From the NCBI GenBank assembly GCA_016927115.1, contig JAFGNH010000080.1, positions 1,492 to 65,491 of the forward strand: 64,000 bases of DNA, in the 5' to 3' direction. Under the pieces are notes generated by a model, which was given only the letters and a program-made list of their open reading frames with translations, made no database searches and was not told the origin of the DNA. Source of the DNA: Anaerolineales bacterium (GTDB lineage Bacteria; Chloroflexota; Anaerolineae; Anaerolineales; E44-bin32). The translations under genes and the position numbers were made by a program. Positions within the stretch are counted from its first letter, which is position 1. The number at the start of each line of letters is the position of its first letter. Shown in pieces: positions 1 through 9,818 of the stretch.

Positions 1-365
1 GAGATCACAGCTGCGAAAGTGTAGATGCGTTCGTCGATCAAGCCGGCGGCCTTTCGCAGCAGGGCGATGCGTTCCTGCCAGGGCAGACGGCTCCAAACCG
101 GGAAAGCTTTCTGAGCGCTTTCCAGTGCGAGATTGGCGTTTTCGGCAGTCCCTTTCTGGAAGTGGCCGAGCAGCCAGTTCTGGTTGATCGGGGAGCGCTT
201 TTCAAACGTTTCGTTGGAAACATGGTCCTGGCCGTTGATAAAGTGGCCGTAGGTGAGTCCGAGGCCGGATTTGACTTCCAACAGCGCTTTTTCAAAGCTT
301 GTGTGCAGGCTTTCCGGCGGATCGAACATGGTCGCGTAAGTGAGTTCGAATTTTTCTGAAGTCAT
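1..365 (-). CDS. Aldehyde dehydrogenase family, 1-pyrroline-5-carboxylate dehydrogenase-like. Only the N-terminal ~121 codons are present; the gene runs off the window start.
   Basis: Absent from the ORF track because it reaches the edge. My own translation from the ATG at 365..363 (GGAG upstream) gives MTSEKFELTYATMFDPPESLHTSFEKALLEVKSGLGLTYGHFINGQDHVSNETFEKRSPINQNWLLGHFQKGTAENANLALESAQKAFPVWSRLPWQERIALLRKAAGLIDER. This is the typical N-terminal layout of bacterial P5C/glutamate-semialdehyde dehydrogenases. Confidence 0.7.
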   Translation of the reverse strand, partial: MTSEKFELTYATMFDPPESLHTSFEKALLEVKSGLGLTYGHFINGQDHVSNETFEKRSPINQNWLLGHFQKGTAENANLALESAQKAFPVWSRLPWQERIALLRKAAGLIDERIYTFAAVI

Positions 366-788
366 AGCCTCTCCTAATAAATTTTAATAAACCAGAACAG
401 GGTTCCAGCAATATCCGGGAGGATTGTAGTTGTAAAGCATTATTCTTAATTCATAGAATGTGTACCTTTTTTATAGTATAACCGCTTCCGGCTTAGTCCT
501 GATGCCGCTTTGTGTATGATGGCGGATTCGATGATGAAGATATCTACGGAAGTGTCCGGGAAATAATGAGTCGTTTGTGATTCATGGGGAAGACCTCATA
601 AAGTAGTGGATAGAGCAGATCTTCTGTATGATAGGGAGGTGAGTGAACCAGGAAATGAGTTTTCGTTGGAACCACAGATACCGCTTATCAGGGCAAACAG
701 CCTTCAAACAATCCGGCAGCAAATCTTCTGAACAGTAAAGAGTGGTTCTTCTGGTGGGATCAAGCTTCAGATCGGCGTAATACTTCGA

Positions 789-1307
789 ATGGGGTGTATC
801 ATGGCGAAACAAAGGTATGTTTGTCTGCTGATCAGTCTGTCCATGCTGCTTTCCGGCTGCAGCTCCTCTGGCGTTTCAGATCAGGAACAGCAGATTTATG
901 ATCTGACTGCGGAGGACTGGCAGAGAATCGAAGAACAGGAATCCCTTGTCCTGGATCTGCTGAACAGTAACTATGGCGAGGTTGCTTTTGAGCATGGCCC
1001 GGGCGACCTGGAATACATCCAACGAATACTGGATGACAGCCTTTTAGATCCTGACCAGACCTATGAACTGCAAAGTCTGGGCATTGTATTTGGCCAGGTG
1101 CTGGCCTCTCAAACAGGGTTCGAATGGATCATAGTTGATGATGAATACGGCAGGGATCCGGCTCTTATTTTGGAGGATACTTCCATCCTGTTATTCCCCC
1201 TGACAATGATTTCCAAACGAGTTGAGCAGGGTGAGGAAGTCGATGTACTCGCTCTGTATAACCGGACACTGGAACAGGTGGAAGAGCTTTATGAATCTGC
1301 GGAATAG
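789..1307 (+). CDS. Putative lipoprotein, function unknown
   Basis: 172-aa ORF. The N-terminus YVCLLISLSMLLSGC has a hydrophobic core plus an L-S-G-C lipobox. An alternative ATG lies at 801. Confidence 0.6.
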   Translation: MGCIMAKQRYVCLLISLSMLLSGCSSSGVSDQEQQIYDLTAEDWQRIEEQESLVLDLLNSNYGEVAFEHGPGDLEYIQRILDDSLLDPDQTYELQSLGIVFGQVLASQTGFEWIIVDDEYGRDPALILEDTSILLFPLTMISKRVEQGEEVDVLALYNRTLEQVEELYESAE

Positions 1308-1371
1308 AGGGGATCGGAACCGCTGGTGCGGTGCTCACGTTCCGGGGAATCCCTGCTGGAGAGGGTGCACT

Positions 1372-1450
1372 AATCAGGAGACCCGGTCTGGAGACTGAAG
1401 GAGGTTTCAATTACTCATTACCTTCGGTCTCCAGACCGGGTCTCCTGATT
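1372..1450. repeat. Long near-perfect inverted repeat (24-bp perfect arms, extendable to about 30 bp, about 19-nt loop)
   Basis: aatcaggagacccggtctggagac (1372..1395) is the exact reverse complement of gtctccagaccgggtctcctgatt (1427..1450). It lies in the intergenic gap between the lipoprotein gene and the phosphatase-fold gene. No U-tract follows it. Confidence 0.85.
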
Positions 1451-1527
1451 ACAGAACCCTTATCCCCACTCGCCGCGGTTGGGTTCGCGTTGTATACTCG
1501 AGTGGATTACACAGCAGGGAAGGCAGG

Positions 1528-1983
1528 ATGAGCTGGGTTTCCAATCAGATATTCGCAGCAGGAGGCACCGCCGTCCCGGATACCTGGAAGCAGTTCCAGG
1601 CCGAGACCGGGATCACGACTGTGGTGCATCTAAATCCCGGCTCACCATCCGTATTCCAGGGGCCGCTCCCGGCCAGGTATCTGTGGCTGGACATCGCCGA
1701 TGAAAACGGGGCGGACAACGAAACCCGCTATCTGGCGGCAAAGTTTGTGCTTGAGGCGGTGTACGCCGGTGATAGCATACTGCTGCATGCCACACCGGGA
1801 CGGCACCGCACACGCTGGATTTTTGTGGCGTATCTGATCCTGTCCGGCCGGAAAACGCTCACCGCCGTGCGCCTGGCGGAACAGCTTCCCTGGCTGGCGC
1901 CGTATCATACAGATCTGCAGCGCTGGGAATTGTTTGCCGAGTGGATTCACCATTCCGAACCAGGAGGGTTGGATGCTATTTGA
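1528..1983 (+). CDS. Dual-specificity/Tyr-phosphatase-fold protein with Ala in place of the catalytic Cys
   Basis: 151 aa. The P-loop-like motif LLHATPGRHRTRWIFVAYLIL matches HCxxGxxR(S/T) followed by AYL, except that Cys is replaced by Ala (codon gcc at 1789..1791). Confidence 0.55.
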   Translation: MSWVSNQIFAAGGTAVPDTWKQFQAETGITTVVHLNPGSPSVFQGPLPARYLWLDIADENGADNETRYLAAKFVLEAVYAGDSILLHATPGRHRTRWIFVAYLILSGRKTLTAVRLAEQLPWLAPYHTDLQRWELFAEWIHHSEPGGLDAI

Positions 1984-2749
1984 AAGAACGATTTACCTGG
2001 GAATCGACCCGGCTTCCGGAAGACGGAAATCCGCGCTGGCGGCTATCGACAGCGATATGCATCTTGTCCGCATCGAGCGAGGCTCTCTGTCGTCTGTGCT
2101 GGCAGCGGTCGCAGGTATGAATGCTGCCGTCGTGGCACTGACGTCACCCCAGAATACCAATAAGGGATTGATGGAACGCGCGCATATCCGCTACCTGCAC
2201 CAGCTGAACCCAGAAGGTTCGCAGTTTTCGAAATGGCGGGTCGGCGAGTATGAACTGCTGCGCAGGAACCTGAGGTTGAAAGCTGCACCGAAAGCTTCCA
2301 GGGAACCTCCTGCCGTAGTGCAGAACGGCTTCAAGATTTACCAGAAGCTGCGAGAAATGGGATATAGTGCCTTTGAACCCGGGAGTGTGTCCGGGGAGCG
2401 GGCCTACCTTGAAGTGCCTGAGCAGGCAGCGTTTGCAGCGATGCTGTCTGTCCGCCCCTACCGGGCCAATACTCTCGAAGGACGGCTGCAGCGTCAGCTG
2501 GCGTTGTATATGGCCGGCATCGATCTAGAGAATCCCATGCTGGTGCTGGAGGAAATCACAAGGCACAAGCTTCTGACCGGCACACTCAATCTCGATAACC
2601 TGCTGGAGCCTTCTGTACTTGCTGCGCTCGCAGCGGCGTACACCGCCTGCCTGGTTGGAGAACAACCAGCTCGCATTTCACAGGTCGGCGATCCGGAAGA
2701 CGGCCTGATCACGCTGCCGGCGGAAACTCTGCTTCCGGAGTACCGGTAA
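1973..2749 (+). CDS. Hypothetical protein, possibly an RNase H-fold DUF429-like protein
   Basis: The ORF track gives 1934..2749. I prefer the ATG at 1973 (MLFERTIYLGIDPASGRRKSALAAID), which overlaps the upstream stop. The N-terminal GID motif followed by a beta-strand pattern resembles DUF429/RuvC-like folds. The assignment is weak. Confidence 0.4.
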   Translation: MLFERTIYLGIDPASGRRKSALAAIDSDMHLVRIERGSLSSVLAAVAGMNAAVVALTSPQNTNKGLMERAHIRYLHQLNPEGSQFSKWRVGEYELLRRNLRLKAAPKASREPPAVVQNGFKIYQKLREMGYSAFEPGSVSGERAYLEVPEQAAFAAMLSVRPYRANTLEGRLQRQLALYMAGIDLENPMLVLEEITRHKLLTGTLNLDNLLEPSVLAALAAAYTACLVGEQPARISQVGDPEDGLITLPAETLLPEYR

Positions 2750-2769
2750 CAGGAAGGACCTGCCATTTC

Positions 2770-3666
2770 ATGGAAAAACACAAACTTCCTGTATCTACTC
2801 ATACCGCCCGAACAGAGGGAACGAATTCCCGGGTGACCGTGCAGGCTGTCCGCGGTGTGAATGGGACGCTGGCCTATCGCCAGTACCGGGCAGGTATCAT
2901 TGATGATTCCATCGTGCTTCTGCATGGCCTGGGATCGGCTGGTGTTGACTGGAGCCTGCAGACTGCTGAACTGGTCCACCGCTATCGAGTGATTACCATT
3001 GACCTGCCAGGCCACGGCGAGTCGCCGCCTTCAAATCACAGATCCAGTATCCCGGAACTGAGCAGGCAGGTTTTGCAGACACTAGACGGGCTGCATACGA
3101 AACCCTGTATCCTGGTGGGCCATTCGCTTGGAGGAATCACCGCGCTTCAGATGGTGCTGGATCAGCCCGACCGTTTCAGGGCGCTCGTGCTGGTCAATGC
3201 AGTTCCCCATATGAGTGTTTCCCGACACAGCATCCGCCAGGGCATGGGCAGGCTGCCGGATGTGCTGCTGGGGCGGATGGATATGTTGGCCGGGTTTGTG
3301 GCTGCTGAACATTTCCCTCATCCCGGGCAGGACCTTCTGCGGCGCCTGGCAGTACGAAGAATTGGATCGGTAGAACGGCAAACGTACCTGCACATGATGA
3401 CGGCCATCCTCCGTTTTGACGTGCGCGGGCAGCTTGGCCGGATTTCGAAACCTGTGCTGGTTGTCTCCGGCACGGATGATCGTGTGTTCTCCAGTTCCGA
3501 CAAGCAGGTCCTGGCAGAAAAATTGCCTGATGTTACCTGGGTTGAAATGGAAGAATCCGGTCATGCCTGCCCGCAGGATTCACCCGTAAGGTTCAACCGG
3601 ATATTGTGGTCCTTCCTGGATCAGCTCGATTCGCCGGAGGAAACAGAAACCAGCGAGTACAATTAA
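2770..3666 (+). CDS. Alpha/beta-fold hydrolase
   Basis: 298 aa. It has the oxyanion HG motif (VLLHGLGSAG), the nucleophile elbow GHSLGG, and a C-terminal SGHACPQD His motif. Confidence 0.8.
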   Translation: MEKHKLPVSTHTARTEGTNSRVTVQAVRGVNGTLAYRQYRAGIIDDSIVLLHGLGSAGVDWSLQTAELVHRYRVITIDLPGHGESPPSNHRSSIPELSRQVLQTLDGLHTKPCILVGHSLGGITALQMVLDQPDRFRALVLVNAVPHMSVSRHSIRQGMGRLPDVLLGRMDMLAGFVAAEHFPHPGQDLLRRLAVRRIGSVERQTYLHMMTAILRFDVRGQLGRISKPVLVVSGTDDRVFSSSDKQVLAEKLPDVTWVEMEESGHACPQDSPVRFNRILWSFLDQLDSPEETETSEYN

Positions 3667-4005
3667 TAGAGGCAGTACGGGGAACAACCGGGTAAAATTT
3701 GTGAAGGTAGAACGCAGAAAGAGGTAGGAGACACTTAACGGTCCGGGTTTGGGGCTGACTCTTCTGGTATTGGGTCGGATGTGTATACCGCAGCGGCGTT
3801 ATCCGGATCTGGTTTCAAATGTGTGGACAAAGCGGCCTGTCCGCAGCCGGTGAAGCGGGCAGCTTTTATGGAGCAGGTGCTGGTAAACAGCATGGCTGGA
3901 ACCATTGGTGGAGGTTTGATCCTGTTCTGTTATCTGAACAGGCATTGTAAGAGCGGAGAGCTGTGCAGCTTTCCTGATAGATCGGAGTGATGGAAAGGAG
4001 TCATC

Positions 4006-4653
4006 ATGGCACTTTATCTGGATTCAGCGTTTGTGGAAGAAGCCCGGGAAGCTTTTACTCTGCATTTTGTGTCGGGTATTACAACCAATCCAGCGCTGCT
4101 GGCACAAGCAGAGAAACCGTTCGAGGAAGTCATTTACGAACTGAGCAGGATTTCATCCGGCCGGGTGTATTACCAGTTGACCGGTGGAACGATCGAGGAA
4201 AAGCGGGAGGAAGCGGACAGGATGATCTCGTTAAGCCCGCTTATGATCGGCCTGAAAATTCCGTGCTCGACAGAGAACCTGTCTCTGGCTGCTGATTTTA
4301 TCAAGGCCGGTGTGGAAGTGGGAATCACAGCTGTCTACAGCCCGGCTCAGGTATACCTGGCCTGCCAAATCGGCGCACAGATAGTGCTGCCGTATGTAAA
4401 CCGAAGCACACGGCTGTTGGGGGATGGCCTGGCGCTTGTGAAAGAGATGCGGACTGTGATCGATGCCTGCGGAAGCCGCACGCAGATTCTGGCCGCCAGT
4501 ATCAAGTCGCCCCGTGAAGCCTGGCAGACAGCTGCTGCCGGGGCACACCATCTCACACTCCCGCTTGATGTAATCCACCAGATGGGAGATCATTTCCTTT
4601 CGGATCAGGCTGTTGAGGAGTTTACCCGGGCGCTTGAGGGCTCAGAGGGATAA
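4006..4653 (+). CDS. Transaldolase family protein (fructose-6-phosphate aldolase / TalC-like short form)
   Basis: 215 aa. MALYLDSA...GITTNPAL and the internal GLKIP Schiff-base lysine context are typical of ~220-aa transaldolase/FSA proteins. Confidence 0.8.
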   Translation: MALYLDSAFVEEAREAFTLHFVSGITTNPALLAQAEKPFEEVIYELSRISSGRVYYQLTGGTIEEKREEADRMISLSPLMIGLKIPCSTENLSLAADFIKAGVEVGITAVYSPAQVYLACQIGAQIVLPYVNRSTRLLGDGLALVKEMRTVIDACGSRTQILAASIKSPREAWQTAAAGAHHLTLPLDVIHQMGDHFLSDQAVEEFTRALEGSEG

Positions 4654-4804
4654 GCGGGGACAGCTGTTTTTTCTGTTCATGTGGGATGCTGCTGGCGATC
4701 GGCCCGGAGCTTATTAAAAAGGACTGGCTGCCAGAATGGAGAAAGCCCACCACACAGGTTTCTTTTTGTGGTATTATCCTCCGGCGATTTAAACTGCCAG
4801 TCGA

Positions 4805-6157
4805 TTGTTTGATACTGCAGGATACAGTAAAAAACCATACCGGAGGAAGCAGGTGGCTTCAAGGCGGAGTTTCAGGGTTCAGGCACTTTTAGAGCTCGAT
4901 AAAACCAAAGATATTGATCCGACTGTAAGCCGCTTTTTCCGCCGGAATTTTATAGCCAATGCACTGGATCTTACCTTCTTCTCCTTTGGCGAAAGTCTGG
5001 CCAATCCACGAACGATCCTGCCTGTTTTCGCCAGCACACTTACCACATCACCTTTCCTCATCGGATTGATCCCGATTCTGAATGACGTTGGCTGGTCGCT
5101 GCCCCAGATCTTCTTTTCGCGCTTCTCTGCGCGGTTGAAGCGTAAACTTCCTACTGTGCTTGCCCTGGGGGTTCTGGAAAGACTTCCGTTTTTACTTTTC
5201 GGACTGCTTGCCCTCCAGGTTATGGTGCTGCCGGCAAATACTGCGGTGATTCTGCTGCTTCTGGCAGTATCGCTCCGGTCTTTCTCCGCGGGTGCTGTCG
5301 GTTTACCCTGGCAGGAGATGATTGCGAATATTATTCCAGCCGGACGGCGGGGATCGTTTTTTGGCACAGGATTTCTTCTGGGACAGATCGCAGGGATCGC
5401 CGGCTCCGGAATTGTGGCTTATCTTCTGGCTGAAAAGGCATACCCGGAAGGGTATGCCATCAGTTTTTTTGCGGCATTTGGCGCAATGATCGTATCGTGG
5501 TTCCTGATGTGCCTGACAAAGGAGCCTGACCAGGCTTCTACAAACAGGGGGTTTCCCCAGGATCAAAAATACGGCTTGCAGGGTGCGGTTGCTATCCTGA
5601 AAGAGAATCAGAATTTCCGACGATACCTGATCAGCCGCGGCCTGTTTGTTATCGGCTTTATGGCAATGGCGTACCTTGCTGTGTACGCTGTCCAGTCGTT
5701 TCATCTTTCGGAAGAGTATGCCGCCATCTTCAGTGGTGTGATGCTCGGAGGAGCCTTGATCGGTAATATTGCCGGGGCTGCACTGAGTGACCGGCATGGC
5801 AGTAAAACAGCACTTCTCCTCGCTACAGTAATCTGGGCGGCCGCTCTGGTTGTTGCCCTGCTGGCTGCGTCATGGGAAGTATTTCTTCTTGTATTTTTCC
5901 TGCTGGGGATGAGCAACAGCGCCAATACTGTGGGGGATCTCAGTATTGCGATGGATTTCAGCACCGGTGCCGACAGGCCGGTCTATGTTGGAACTGCACG
6001 CAGCATGGCCGGATTTATCACTCTCCCCACACCATTTGTGGCCGGCTTGCTGATTCGCGCTGGTGGCTACTCACTGATGATGGGGGTGGCGCTGGTGTTT
6101 GTGCTGCTTTCGATGTTTGTCCTGTGGCGTTTTGTGCGTGAACCCAGGCAGGCATAA
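4805..6157 (+). CDS. MFS transporter
   Basis: 450 aa with about 12 hydrophobic helices, a basic loop between helices, and a Gly-rich helix pattern. The exact start is uncertain. Confidence 0.7.
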   Translation: MFDTAGYSKKPYRRKQVASRRSFRVQALLELDKTKDIDPTVSRFFRRNFIANALDLTFFSFGESLANPRTILPVFASTLTTSPFLIGLIPILNDVGWSLPQIFFSRFSARLKRKLPTVLALGVLERLPFLLFGLLALQVMVLPANTAVILLLLAVSLRSFSAGAVGLPWQEMIANIIPAGRRGSFFGTGFLLGQIAGIAGSGIVAYLLAEKAYPEGYAISFFAAFGAMIVSWFLMCLTKEPDQASTNRGFPQDQKYGLQGAVAILKENQNFRRYLISRGLFVIGFMAMAYLAVYAVQSFHLSEEYAAIFSGVMLGGALIGNIAGAALSDRHGSKTALLLATVIWAAALVVALLAASWEVFLLVFFLLGMSNSANTVGDLSIAMDFSTGADRPVYVGTARSMAGFITLPTPFVAGLLIRAGGYSLMMGVALVFVLLSMFVLWRFVREPRQA

Positions 6158-6251
6158 TCCAGCTTTCCATCCGGATCGAATTTTACATTGTCGGAACACA
6201 GCCTTCATACTTTCTGAACAAGTTAACCATACACTGCTTCCATAAGAGCGG

Positions 6252-6734
6252 TTGGTATTCCGCAAGGTGGGGAGGGCGGCCTGTATGGTTCTCATGGCTG
6301 ACAGACCAGCAAGAATAAAACACCCTGAATTCGTGACCGTATTACGTTTTGCTGTGGTTGGGGCAGCTGGAACGATTGTAGATCTTTTGCTGCTGGCGCT
6401 GCTGACAACACACACGAGCCTGCCTATGTGGGTGGCAAACATGGTTTCCTATTCCAGTGGAATCATTCTGAATTATCAATTGAACCGGCATTGGACGTTC
6501 CGGCAGGGAGCCTGCGAGGGGGTTGGGCGCAAGTTCCTGCAGTTTTCAACGATCAGCCTGGCTGGAATGGTTTTGAATACCCTTATTCTGTCAGGATTCG
6601 AACCGGTCTTCGCGAGGCTGGGAATCGGTGATTGGAACTGCCTGCCGGCAAAGGTCACAGCGACGGGTATTGTGTTTTTCTGGAACTATGTTCTTAACAG
6701 GTTGTGGACATTCCGCGACGGGAATCCGGCTTGA
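6252..6734 (+). CDS. GtrA family membrane protein (lipid-linked sugar translocation-associated)
   Basis: 160 aa. The motifs LRFAVVGAAGTIVDLLLL, NYQLNRHWTF and FFWNYVLNRLWTF are the characteristic GtrA-like repeats. Confidence 0.75.
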   Translation: MVFRKVGRAACMVLMADRPARIKHPEFVTVLRFAVVGAAGTIVDLLLLALLTTHTSLPMWVANMVSYSSGIILNYQLNRHWTFRQGACEGVGRKFLQFSTISLAGMVLNTLILSGFEPVFARLGIGDWNCLPAKVTATGIVFFWNYVLNRLWTFRDGNPA

Positions 6735-6768
6735 GGGCAGGAGGCTTCTTCATGGATCCGGTTCCAGT

Positions 6769-8997
6769 ATGCTGCGGTATCCGGCAGGCACGCAGTTCCA
6801 TACAATGAGAATCAGGAATGCTTTGGGCAGCGGACAAGACCGGAGTCTGACCACTGGTGAGGAGAGAAATTTGGGTATAGATGGAACAGCGGCGGAGAGT
6901 ACGTTATCTGCCAATTCGATAGATGCTTTCCTTCGCAGACGCTGGCTGGGGATCCCGCGTGCTGTGATCTTTCTGGCCGGGATAGTGTTCTTCGCAGCGC
7001 TGCTGCGTTTTGTGAACCTGGAAGCAGTGGGCGATGGCAACCTGTATTATGCCGCTGCGGTAAAAAGTATGCTGGTTTCCTGGGAGAATTTCTTTTTTGC
7101 AGCTGCAGAGCCGGGAGGATCCGTGACGGTGGATAAACCGCCGCTGGGATTGTGGATCCAGGCGATTTCAGCAGCCCTGTTCGGGGTGAACACCTTTGGA
7201 TTGATGCTTCCCCAGATTCTGGCTGGATTGGGTTCTGTAGTGCTGATGTTTTTCCTTGTGCGCCGCTGGTCTGGTGAGAGCGCCGGACTTCTGGCGGCAT
7301 TTATCCTGGCGGTGACTCCGGTCTCAGTGGCCGTTGAGCGCAACAATACCATGGATGCGCAGCTGATTTTTACACTGCTGCTGGCAGTTTGGATGTTTAT
7401 CCTGGCGGTTGAACGCCATCCCCGCTGGCTGCTGCTGGGCGGGTTGTTTATCGGCCTGGCTTTCAATATCAAGATGCTGCAGGCGTATCTCCCGGTACCG
7501 TTCCTGTTTGTTTATTATTTTCTGGCTAGCCGAGAGCGCTGGCTGCGCCGCCTGCTGTATCTGCTGCTCACAGCACTGATACTAATCGTGGTCTCGTTCT
7601 CATGGGTGGTGGTGGTAGACAGCATTCCCGAAGCGAACAGGCCCTACATCGGCAGCAGCGAGAATAATACGGTAATGGAACTGATTTTTGGCCATAATGG
7701 CCTGAACCGCCTGTTCGGCCGCCGCGGTGCAGATTCGCTGCTGACTTCGCTGACCGGATCGGATTCAGACGGAGCACAGATCCCGCAGCAGGCACCGGCA
7801 GACAGGCCTGCCCTGAATAACACCCCCCTGCCGGGAGGGGACAGAATCCCGCGCGATACTATTACTGGTCAGGATCAGACGGGTTTTCGCCCTCCACAGG
7901 GGCAGGCACAACAGCAGGGAGAAACGATATTTCCGCCATCAGCTGCGATGGCTGCAGGAAGTCCTGATAGCCGGCTAGGCAGCAGCGAAATTGGTGAGCC
8001 GGGTTTGGGCCGTCTGTTCACACCCCCACTGGCGAATGAAATCAGCTGGTTGCTGCCGCTCGGGTTGGTCTTGCTGCTCGTGCTGATGGTTTCTTCACCA
8101 CTCCGCCTGCCGCTGAGCGGAGCATGGCGGGCTGTGGTTCTGTGGGGGGGCTGGCCGCTGACCTGCGTCGTGTTTTTCAGCCTTGCCTCCTTCTTCCATG
8201 CCTACTACCTGGCCATGCTCGCTCCCCCGCTGGCAGCGGTGGCCGCATCCGGCCTGGCTGCTCTATGGAAGATCCGGACCAGCAGGCCGTGGCTGGCAGT
8301 AATTACCCTGTGGGTACTGGCTGTGGGGACGATCGTATTTCAAGCCTTCACCGCCGCAAACTATACAAACAGCAGCGGCTGGGCCTGGGCGGCAGGTGCT
8401 TTGCTCCTTGCAGGGGTAATACCGGGCCTTATGGGAACCCTGCTGCCGGAGCGCCAGCTGCAGAAGGCGGGCTTCGTACTCGTGATAGGTGCTTTGCTTG
8501 CAGCTCCGGTTGTCTGGTCGGTCAGGACCACACTTGAGGAGAACCCGAACACAGGCCTTCCCGGTGCGTACAGCGGCGAGGCTGAACGGGTTCGGGAAAA
8601 CCGCAGCGGCGAAACTGAACCATATCGGCTGGAGTTCCTGCTGAACCATACGGTTGATAGGAAGTATCTGCTGGCTGTGCCGGGCTCCATGCAGGGAGCA
8701 GAGTACGTACTGGCTGCCGGCCGCCCCGTGCTATATATCGGTGGTTTTAACGGCGGAGACCCTGTGGTCAGTCTGGAAGAATTCCAGCAGCTTATTGTAA
8801 ATGGCGATCTGCGTTATGTGCTGCTGAGTGGCAGCAGCGGCAGAATGGAGAATGAGGAAATTTTCCGCTGGGTCCGGACAGAATGTACTCGTTTACAACC
8901 CATACTTCAAAATCCGGCAGCTGCACAAGCCGCGGCATCCCTGCAGTCGGATCAGGGCATCCTGTTTGACTGCATCGGGTCTGTGAGTGCAAAATAA
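6769..8997 (+). CDS. GT-C glycosyltransferase, family 39 (ArnT/PMT-like)
   Basis: The ORF track gives 6628..8997. I chose the ATG at 6769 to avoid a 107-nt overlap with gtrA. The N-terminal loop LRFVNLEAVGDGNLYYAAAVKSM...VTVDKPPLGLW is the GT39 signature region. The protein is polytopic and has a Pro/Gln-rich disordered insert of about 90 aa. Confidence 0.7.
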   Translation: MLRYPAGTQFHTMRIRNALGSGQDRSLTTGEERNLGIDGTAAESTLSANSIDAFLRRRWLGIPRAVIFLAGIVFFAALLRFVNLEAVGDGNLYYAAAVKSMLVSWENFFFAAAEPGGSVTVDKPPLGLWIQAISAALFGVNTFGLMLPQILAGLGSVVLMFFLVRRWSGESAGLLAAFILAVTPVSVAVERNNTMDAQLIFTLLLAVWMFILAVERHPRWLLLGGLFIGLAFNIKMLQAYLPVPFLFVYYFLASRERWLRRLLYLLLTALILIVVSFSWVVVVDSIPEANRPYIGSSENNTVMELIFGHNGLNRLFGRRGADSLLTSLTGSDSDGAQIPQQAPADRPALNNTPLPGGDRIPRDTITGQDQTGFRPPQGQAQQQGETIFPPSAAMAAGSPDSRLGSSEIGEPGLGRLFTPPLANEISWLLPLGLVLLLVLMVSSPLRLPLSGAWRAVVLWGGWPLTCVVFFSLASFFHAYYLAMLAPPLAAVAASGLAALWKIRTSRPWLAVITLWVLAVGTIVFQAFTAANYTNSSGWAWAAGALLLAGVIPGLMGTLLPERQLQKAGFVLVIGALLAAPVVWSVRTTLEENPNTGLPGAYSGEAERVRENRSGETEPYRLEFLLNHTVDRKYLLAVPGSMQGAEYVLAAGRPVLYIGGFNGGDPVVSLEEFQQLIVNGDLRYVLLSGSSGRMENEEIFRWVRTECTRLQPILQNPAAAQAAASLQSDQGILFDCIGSVSAK

Positions 8998-9122
8998 GGA
9001 ACCAGGGCGATCTGTATTTATGTAACAGGCCTTATCCGGCATTATCAGGATTTTCAGACTTTGGTTACAATTAGAGTGGTATATACGAATTTTCCATACT
9101 GGTTTCGTGAGGAGGACTGGTG

Positions 9123-9815
9123 ATGAAAACAATCCTCGTAGTGGATGATAAAGCCAGCGTCCGGCAGCTTGTTGAAGAATATCTGACCGGACAAGGCTAC
9201 AAGGTCGTAACAGCTGATAATGGGCGTAATGCGCTCTATACTGCCCGGTTTGAAAAACCGGACCTGGTCCTGCTGGATGTGATGATGCCGGAGATGGACG
9301 GGTTCGATTTTATCCGAGCCTTTCGCAAGGAGCGGGATACACCCATCATCCTGCTGACAGCCCGAATGGAAGAGTCTGATAAGGTCATCGGGCTTGAACT
9401 GGGTGCGGATGATTATGTGACCAAACCTTTTGGCATGCGCGAGCTTGTGGCACGAGTACGGGCTGTACTTCGCCGGGCTGAAAGTGACGCACAGAAGGGT
9501 GAGATCCTGCGGTCGTCGGATATTGAACTGGACCCGGACATGTTCTCCGTGAAAGTGGCGGGAGAAATGGTGGAGTTGACCCGATCCGAGTTCGATTTGC
9601 TGGCTGCATTGATGCGCTTCCCGGGCCGCGTATACTCCCGTATGGAGCTGCTCGAACATCTGCAGGGAGGGGCTTATGAGGGTGTGGAACGTACCATCGA
9701 TGTTCATGTTCGCAATCTGCGCTTGAAGATTGAACCGGATCCGGCAAACCCGATCTATGTGCAAACGGTTTTTGGCGTTGGATACCGGTTTGCCACCGAA
9801 TCGGAGACGGCCTGA
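9123..9815 (+). CDS. OmpR-family response regulator (receiver + winged-helix)
   Basis: The receiver domain shows MKTILVVDD, LVLLDVMMPEMDG and the K in VTKPF. The C-terminal DNA-binding motif is VDVHVRNLRLKIE...VFGVGYRF. Confidence 0.9.
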   Translation: MKTILVVDDKASVRQLVEEYLTGQGYKVVTADNGRNALYTARFEKPDLVLLDVMMPEMDGFDFIRAFRKERDTPIILLTARMEESDKVIGLELGADDYVTKPFGMRELVARVRAVLRRAESDAQKGEILRSSDIELDPDMFSVKVAGEMVELTRSEFDLLAALMRFPGRVYSRMELLEHLQGGAYEGVERTIDVHVRNLRLKIEPDPANPIYVQTVFGVGYRFATESETA

Positions 9816-9818
9816 CCC

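Noticed and set aside
582-812. 76-aa minus-strand ORF in the first intergenic region
   Set aside because: It has no RBS or family features and overlaps the lipoprotein gene start. It is likely spurious.
3781-4295. Small plus-strand ORFs (69 and 102 aa) before and over the transaldolase gene
   Set aside because: One lies in a non-coding leader and has odd composition. The other is an alternative frame of the clearly identified transaldolase-family gene.
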